From contig JBBPIU010000002.1 in NCBI GenBank assembly GCA_038040245.1, forward strand, positions 2,651-66,650: a stretch of DNA of 64,000 nucleotides. The letters are read 5' to 3'. The stretch comes from Pseudomonadota bacterium (lineage in GTDB: Bacteria > Pseudomonadota > Gammaproteobacteria > Burkholderiales > SG8-39). A program made the translations under genes and the position numbers. This document shows positions 59,178 through 64,000 of this stretch, one piece after another. Under the pieces are notes generated by a model. It was not told the DNA's origin. It saw nothing but the letters and a program-made list of their open reading frames with translations, and made no database searches. Every line of letters starts with the position of its first letter. The stretch's first letter is position 1.

Positions 59178-61982
59178 CTAGGCCGTGACGAGGCGGCGCA
59201 GCTCGGGTACGCAGGAGCCGCAGTTGGTGCCGCACTTCAGATTCTTCTGCAGGCCTGCGAATGTGGCGCCGGCGGCGACGGCGGCGCGGATCTGCGATTC
59301 GCCGACCTTGAAGCAGGCGCAGACCGCGCGCTCCGATGTGGCAGAGGCGGCGGCGGAACCGGTGACGGGCGGCTGGCCGAAGAGCTTCTCGAGCGCCGAA
59401 AGCGCCTCGGGAGCGGGGTCGCCCGCGGTGGCGAGCTCGAGGCGCAGGACGATCTCCGGTCCCTCGACGAGGGCAAGCGCGGCGTAGTCGAAGCGCGCCA
59501 GCCAGACGGTGGCGGCGCGTTGCAGCTCGGGGGTCGCAGCTGCAGCGAAGGCGCCGCGCCAGCGCGCGGCGAAGGGCTCGATGCGCACCGCGGCGTGCTT
59601 GAGCTCAGGCTGCTTGGAATGGGGGTCGATCGCGGGGACGGTGAGCGCATTGGTGCCGACGCCGCCCGTGAAGCGGCCGCCCCAGTGCATGGCGATGAAG
59701 GCGTCGCCGGGGCGCATGTCATCCGACGCCCGTACCTTCATGACGACGCTGCCGCGGCGGCTGGATACCCGCACCAGTTCGTGATTCAGAAAATTGCTCT
59801 TTTGCAGATCGAATTCACTAACGACAATTTCCGGTTCCGGACTGTGGCTGAAGAGGCGCGCGACGAGCCCAGTGCGCGTCATGCTGTGCCATTGGTCGCG
59901 CAAACGACCCGTGGTGAGCCGCAACGGGAAATGCCCGTCCGGCTCCTCGGCCGGCGGCAGGTATTCGGTGGCGACGAAGCGCGCGCGTCCCGATGGCGTC
60001 GGAAACACGCCGTCGGTGTAGAGGCGCGTGCGGCCGCTCCTGGCCCCTTCCGGGTAGGGCCACTGCTGCGGCCCGTCGCGCTCGAGCACGGCATAGGAGA
60101 GGCCGGTGATGTCCAGGTCGCGGCCGCGCGTGCTCTCGCGGTGCTCGTTGAAAATTTCTTCGGAGGATTTGTATTTGAATGAAATTTTCTTGTTCAACAT
60201 CGCTTGAAGCCGAAGTGCAAAATCAACAGCAATCTTCCAATCCGGACGTGCTTCACCCGGCGGCGCGATGACCGCGCGCATGCGCGAGATGCGACGCTCG
60301 GAGTTGGTGACGGTGCCTTCCTTCTCCCCCCAGCTTGCCGCGGGCAGCAGCACGTCGGCGTAGTCGCAGGTCTCGGCGTCGCGGAACGCCTCCTGGACGA
60401 CGACGAACTCGGCGCGCGAGAGCGCCTGGCGCACCGCGTTGGCGTCTGGCATCGACTGCGCCGGATTCGTACAGGCGATCCACACCGCCTTGATTTCGCC
60501 GCGACCGATGGCCTCGAACATCTCCACCGCCGTCTTGCCCGGTTTCGAGGGAACGCTGTCGATGCCCCAGAGCGCGGCGACCTCGGCCCGGTCTTCCGCG
60601 CTGTCGAGGTCCCGGTGCGCGGAGAGCAGGTTCGCCATCCCGCCGACCTCTCTGCCGCCCATCGCGTTGGGCTGTCCGGTGAGGGAGAAGGGCCCCGCGC
60701 CCGCCCGGCCGATCTGGCCGGTGGCGAGGTGCAGGTTGATGAGCGCGCAATTCTTCCAGGTGCCGCTCGCCGACTGGTTGAGCCCCTGGCAGTAGAGCGA
60801 AAGCGCCGCCTTCGAGCGGCCGAACAGGCGCGCAGCCTCGACGATCCTCGCCGCCGGCAACTCGCAAACGCCGGCCGCGCGCTCCGGGGTCCAGTGATCG
60901 AGCAGGGGATCGAGGGCGGATAGATTTTCCGTGCTGTTGCGGACAAATTCTTTCTTGAAAAAACCCTCACGGCGAAGGACGTGCAGCATCGCGTTGAAGA
61001 GCGCGACATCGGTGCCTGGCTTGAGCGCGAGATGCAGGTCGGCGGCGCGCGCGGTGACGGTGGCGCGCGGGTCGATGACGACGATCTTGAGGCCGGGGTT
61101 CCTCGCCCGCGCGTCCTCGATGCGCCGGTAGACGATGGGGTGGGCGAAGGCGGTATTCGAGCCGGCGATCAGGATCAGGTCGGCGGCGTCGATGTCTTCG
61201 TAGGCGCAGGGCGGCGCGTCGGCGCCGAGCGACTGCTTGTAGCCCGCCACGGCCGAAGACATGCACAGGCGCGAGTTGGTGTCGACGTTGTTCGTGCCGA
61301 CCAGGCCCTTGGCGAGCTTGTTGAAGACATAGTAATCCTCGGTAAGGAGTTGTCCGGAGATGTAGAACGCCACGGCGTCCGCGCCGTGCGCGGCGATGAT
61401 CTGGCGGAACCTGTCCGCAGCATGGTCCAGCGCTTCGTCCCAGCTCCGGCGCTCGCCGTTCACTTCCGGGTGCAGCAGGCGCGCGCCTGTGCCGGTGCCC
61501 AGGTGCAGCGCCGCCCCCTTGGTGCACAGGCGGCCGAAATTCGCCGGGTGCGCCTTGTCGCCTTTCACGGCGACGATCTCGTTTCCCTGGGCCGAGACGA
61601 TGACGCCGCAGCCGACGCCGCAATAGCAGCAGGTGGTGGCGACCTGCTTGCGCGGCTCGACGACGACGAAGCCGTCCTCGACTCGCGCGCGATAGACCGG
61701 GATCCGCACCGTTGCATCCTCGATGCAGCGGCCGGTAAGCAGGCTGAAATGCTGCTTGTAGACGGGCGCGGCGACGACCAACTCGCCCTTGAGGTCGCCG
61801 ACGATGCCGCGCGACAGGACGTTCGCGCGTGAAAACGGGTCCTGGTTGCCCACGGCATGAATGCTGTCGTCGGACAACCCGCCGTTACTTACCCTGAACA
61901 CCGCGACCTGCTCGCCGTCCACGAGCGCCGCCACGCCGGCGTTGGGGACGATGTCCTCCAGCGGGCACACGCGGGTCGCCAT
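59178..61982 (-). CDS. nasA: Single-polypeptide fusion: NirD-like domain, assimilatory nitrate reductase (Mo-bisMGD) and a C-terminal BFD-like [2Fe-2S] domain
   Basis: N-terminal ~110 aa are NirD-like (ICPLEDI-type start, NQDPFSRANVLSRGIVG, YRARVEDG). They run in frame into TTCCYCGVGCG (4Fe-4S) and the molybdopterin domains. C-terminal CACF...CGTNCGSC. ATG 61982 after GAGG. Confidence 0.8.
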   Translation of the reverse strand: MATRVCPLEDIVPNAGVAALVDGEQVAVFRVSNGGLSDDSIHAVGNQDPFSRANVLSRGIVGDLKGELVVAAPVYKQHFSLLTGRCIEDATVRIPVYRARVEDGFVVVEPRKQVATTCCYCGVGCGVIVSAQGNEIVAVKGDKAHPANFGRLCTKGAALHLGTGTGARLLHPEVNGERRSWDEALDHAADRFRQIIAAHGADAVAFYISGQLLTEDYYVFNKLAKGLVGTNNVDTNSRLCMSSAVAGYKQSLGADAPPCAYEDIDAADLILIAGSNTAFAHPIVYRRIEDARARNPGLKIVVIDPRATVTARAADLHLALKPGTDVALFNAMLHVLRREGFFKKEFVRNSTENLSALDPLLDHWTPERAAGVCELPAARIVEAARLFGRSKAALSLYCQGLNQSASGTWKNCALINLHLATGQIGRAGAGPFSLTGQPNAMGGREVGGMANLLSAHRDLDSAEDRAEVAALWGIDSVPSKPGKTAVEMFEAIGRGEIKAVWIACTNPAQSMPDANAVRQALSRAEFVVVQEAFRDAETCDYADVLLPAASWGEKEGTVTNSERRISRMRAVIAPPGEARPDWKIAVDFALRLQAMLNKKISFKYKSSEEIFNEHRESTRGRDLDITGLSYAVLERDGPQQWPYPEGARSGRTRLYTDGVFPTPSGRARFVATEYLPPAEEPDGHFPLRLTTGRLRDQWHSMTRTGLVARLFSHSPEPEIVVSEFDLQKSNFLNHELVRVSSRRGSVVMKVRASDDMRPGDAFIAMHWGGRFTGGVGTNALTVPAIDPHSKQPELKHAAVRIEPFAARWRGAFAAAATPELQRAATVWLARFDYAALALVEGPEIVLRLELATAGDPAPEALSALEKLFGQPPVTGSAAASATSERAVCACFKVGESQIRAAVAAGATFAGLQKNLKCGTNCGSCVPELRRLVTA

Positions 61983-61986
61983 GGCC

Positions 61987-64000
61987 TCACGCAATTTCAA
62001 GGTCGGTTTCCCGTTCCTCCGGCCGCGCCGGCCGGATCTGCTCGCGCTCGGCGACGAACACCACGCCGGCGTCCGGTTCCTCGCTGTTCACGAAATGGCG
62101 GAAGCGCTTCAGGATCTCCGGCGTCTCGATCGCCTTCTTCCATTCGCAGGCATAGGTGTCGACGAAACTCTGCATGTCGGCCTCGAGCTCGGCGCCAATC
62201 CCCAGCGAGTCCTCGCACACCGCGCGGCGCACGTAGTCGATGCCGCCCTCCAGGTTCTCGAGCCAGACGCTGGTGCGCTGCAGCCGGTCGCCGGTGCGGA
62301 TATAGAGCATGAGGAAGCGGTCGATATACCGGATCAGCTCCTCGTCGCTGAGGTCTTTCGCCAGCAGGTCGGCGTGGCGCGGCTTCATGCCGCCGTTGCC
62401 GCAGACGTACATGTTCCAGCCCTTCTCGGTGGCGATTACGCCGACGTCCTTGCTCTGGGCCTCGGCGCATTCGCGCGTGCAGCCCGACACCCCCATCTTC
62501 AGCTTGTGCGGCGAGCGCAGGCCGCGGTAGCGCTGCTCGATGCGGATCGCCATCGCCACCGAGTCCTGCACGCCGTAGCGGCACCAGGTGCTGCCGACGC
62601 AGGATTTCACGGTGCGCAGCGCCTTGCCGTAGGCGTGGCCGGACTCGAAACCGGCGTCGATCAGGTCCTTCCAGACCAGCGGCAGCTGCTCGACTCGCGC
62701 GCCGAAAAGGTCGATTCGCTGCGCGCCGGTGATCTTGGTGTAGAGGCCGAATTTCTTCGCCACTTCCCCCAGCGCGATCAGCTTGGCCGGCGTGATTTCG
62801 CCGCCCGGCACGCGCGGCACCACCGAGTAGCTGCCGTCCTTCTGCAGGTTGGCGAGGAAATGGTCGTTCGTATCCTGCAGCGGCGCGTGCCTCGGCTTGA
62901 GAATCATCTCGTTCCAGCACGAAGCGAAGATCGAGGCTGCCGCCGGCTTGCAGATGTCGCAGCCTCTGCCGCTTCCGTGTTGCGTGATCAGTTCATCGAA
63001 ACTCTTTACTGAATTTATTTTTACCAGGTGAAAAAGCTCCTGCCGCGAATAAGCGAAGTGCTCACAGAGGTGGTTGTTGACCTTGAAGCCCTGCTTCTTC
63101 ATCTCGGCGTCGAGGATCTGCTTGGCGAGCGGGCCGCAGCCGCCGCAACTGGTTGCAGCTTTTGTTTTTGTTTTTAGAGTTCCTAAAGACTTACAACCCT
63201 CAGCAATAGCGGCGCAAATCGCGCCCTTCGTCACGCCGTTGCACGAGCACACCAGCGCCGAATCGGGCAGCAGCTCGATGCCCAGACCCTTCTTCCCTTC
63301 CCGCGCGGGCAGGATCAGCTCTTCGGGATGCTCGGGCAGCGGCAGCGGGTTGAGCGCCATCTGCAGCAACGTGCCGTAGTCGGTTGCGTCGCCGACCAGG
63401 ATCGCGCCCAGCAGCTGCTTGCGGTCCTCCGCGACCACCAGCTTCTTGTAGACGCCGGCCGCCTCGTCGGTGAACACGTAGTTGAGCGCGCCGGGCGCGC
63501 TGCCGTGGGCGTCGCCGATCGAGCACACGTCCACGCCCATCAGCTTCAGCTTGGTGCTCATGTCCGCGCCGAGGAACTGGAGCTGAGTCTCGCCGAGCAG
63601 GTGGCGCGCCGCGACCTCGGCCATCTGGTAGCCGGGCGCCACCAGCCCGAAAGTGCGCCCTTCCCACAGAGCGCATTCGCCGATGGCGTAGATGTCGGGG
63701 TTGGCGGTCTGGCAGTGCGAGTTGATGCGGATGCCGCCGCGCTCCCCGACCGCGATGCCCGCCGCGCGCGCCAGCTCGTCGCGCGGCCGAATGCCTGCGG
63801 AGAACACCACGAGATCCGTCTCCAGGCTGGTGCCGTCGGTGAACACCAGCTTGTTGCGGGCCACCTCTCCCTGGACGATCTCCTTCGTGTTCTTCGACAC
63901 ATGGACCGTGGCCCCGAGCGCCTCGATTTTCCGGCGCAGCAGCCGGCCTGCGGAATCGTCGAGTTGCACCGACATCAGCCGCGGGGCGAACTCGACGATG
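61987..64000 (-). CDS. nirB: Assimilatory nitrite reductase large subunit NirB (N-terminus beyond the window)
   Basis: FAD/NAD domain, BFD-like CSCNGVTKG...CGGCG, siroheme/4Fe-4S motifs SCVGSTWC and GCTREC. The ORF is open at the window edge. Confidence 0.9.
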   Translation of the reverse strand, partial: IVEFAPRLMSVQLDDSAGRLLRRKIEALGATVHVSKNTKEIVQGEVARNKLVFTDGTSLETDLVVFSAGIRPRDELARAAGIAVGERGGIRINSHCQTANPDIYAIGECALWEGRTFGLVAPGYQMAEVAARHLLGETQLQFLGADMSTKLKLMGVDVCSIGDAHGSAPGALNYVFTDEAAGVYKKLVVAEDRKQLLGAILVGDATDYGTLLQMALNPLPLPEHPEELILPAREGKKGLGIELLPDSALVCSCNGVTKGAICAAIAEGCKSLGTLKTKTKAATSCGGCGPLAKQILDAEMKKQGFKVNNHLCEHFAYSRQELFHLVKINSVKSFDELITQHGSGRGCDICKPAAASIFASCWNEMILKPRHAPLQDTNDHFLANLQKDGSYSVVPRVPGGEITPAKLIALGEVAKKFGLYTKITGAQRIDLFGARVEQLPLVWKDLIDAGFESGHAYGKALRTVKSCVGSTWCRYGVQDSVAMAIRIEQRYRGLRSPHKLKMGVSGCTRECAEAQSKDVGVIATEKGWNMYVCGNGGMKPRHADLLAKDLSDEELIRYIDRFLMLYIRTGDRLQRTSVWLENLEGGIDYVRRAVCEDSLGIGAELEADMQSFVDTYACEWKKAIETPEILKRFRHFVNSEEPDAGVVFVAEREQIRPARPEERETDLEIA

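Noticed and set aside
1-64000. CRISPR arrays, rRNA/tRNA genes, IS elements, integrases, toxin-antitoxin pairs or known defence-system genes.
   Set aside because: Reading both strands found no repeat-spacer periodicity, no structural RNA signatures and no ORFs with transposase, integrase or nuclease-helicase defence motifs.

Overview
This is a visibly GC-rich proteobacterial chromosome segment. Synteny (engB-cytochrome c4; cyaY/lptM-lysA; mrcA | pilMNOPQ-aroKB...gltBD) and the Bug/TctC genes suggest a betaproteobacterium, but that is inference only. About 1-36 kb is housekeeping: engB, three c-type cytochromes, an ECF sigma/anti-sigma pair, an NYN-FAH pair, a ThDP enzyme, an RND pair directly behind lptM-lysA, a decayed cyaY, mrcA, pilMNOPQ, aroKB, gltBD, a Crp/Fnr regulator, mgtC, glmUS and a CrtI-like oxidoreductase. 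From 36.0 to 57.3 kb there is a metal-resistance tract with no integrase, transposase or two-component regulator. It starts with a 15.4-kb co-directional copper array: copA-cueR, a small Cys/His protein, a TolC-like OMP, a multicopper oxidase, a cytochrome c-like protein with CxxCD, a Met-rich CusF fusion, a cupredoxin, cusF, a Spy/CpxP-like protein, two small unknowns and cusCBA. It continues with a convergent merR | merT-merP-GDCCVxC cluster that lacks merA, then a HExxH secreted protein, tctC and a gene-fusion scar. It ends with cadR next to a minimal CDF carrying Cys in its transport site, and a methyltransferase-like remnant coupled to a DMT transporter with a ~64-aa His-rich tail. The right end carries an amidohydrolase, an aldolase and nirB-(nirD::nasA fusion). 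I found no CRISPR array, tRNA/rRNA gene or recognisable defence system. The most unusual items are the merA-less mer/GDCCVxC module, the CadR-linked CDF and His-tailed DMT pair, three MerR-type promoters that all sit 8-9 nt from their start codons, short islands of A/T-ending codons inside otherwise GC3-saturated genes, and several signs of gene decay or fusion.
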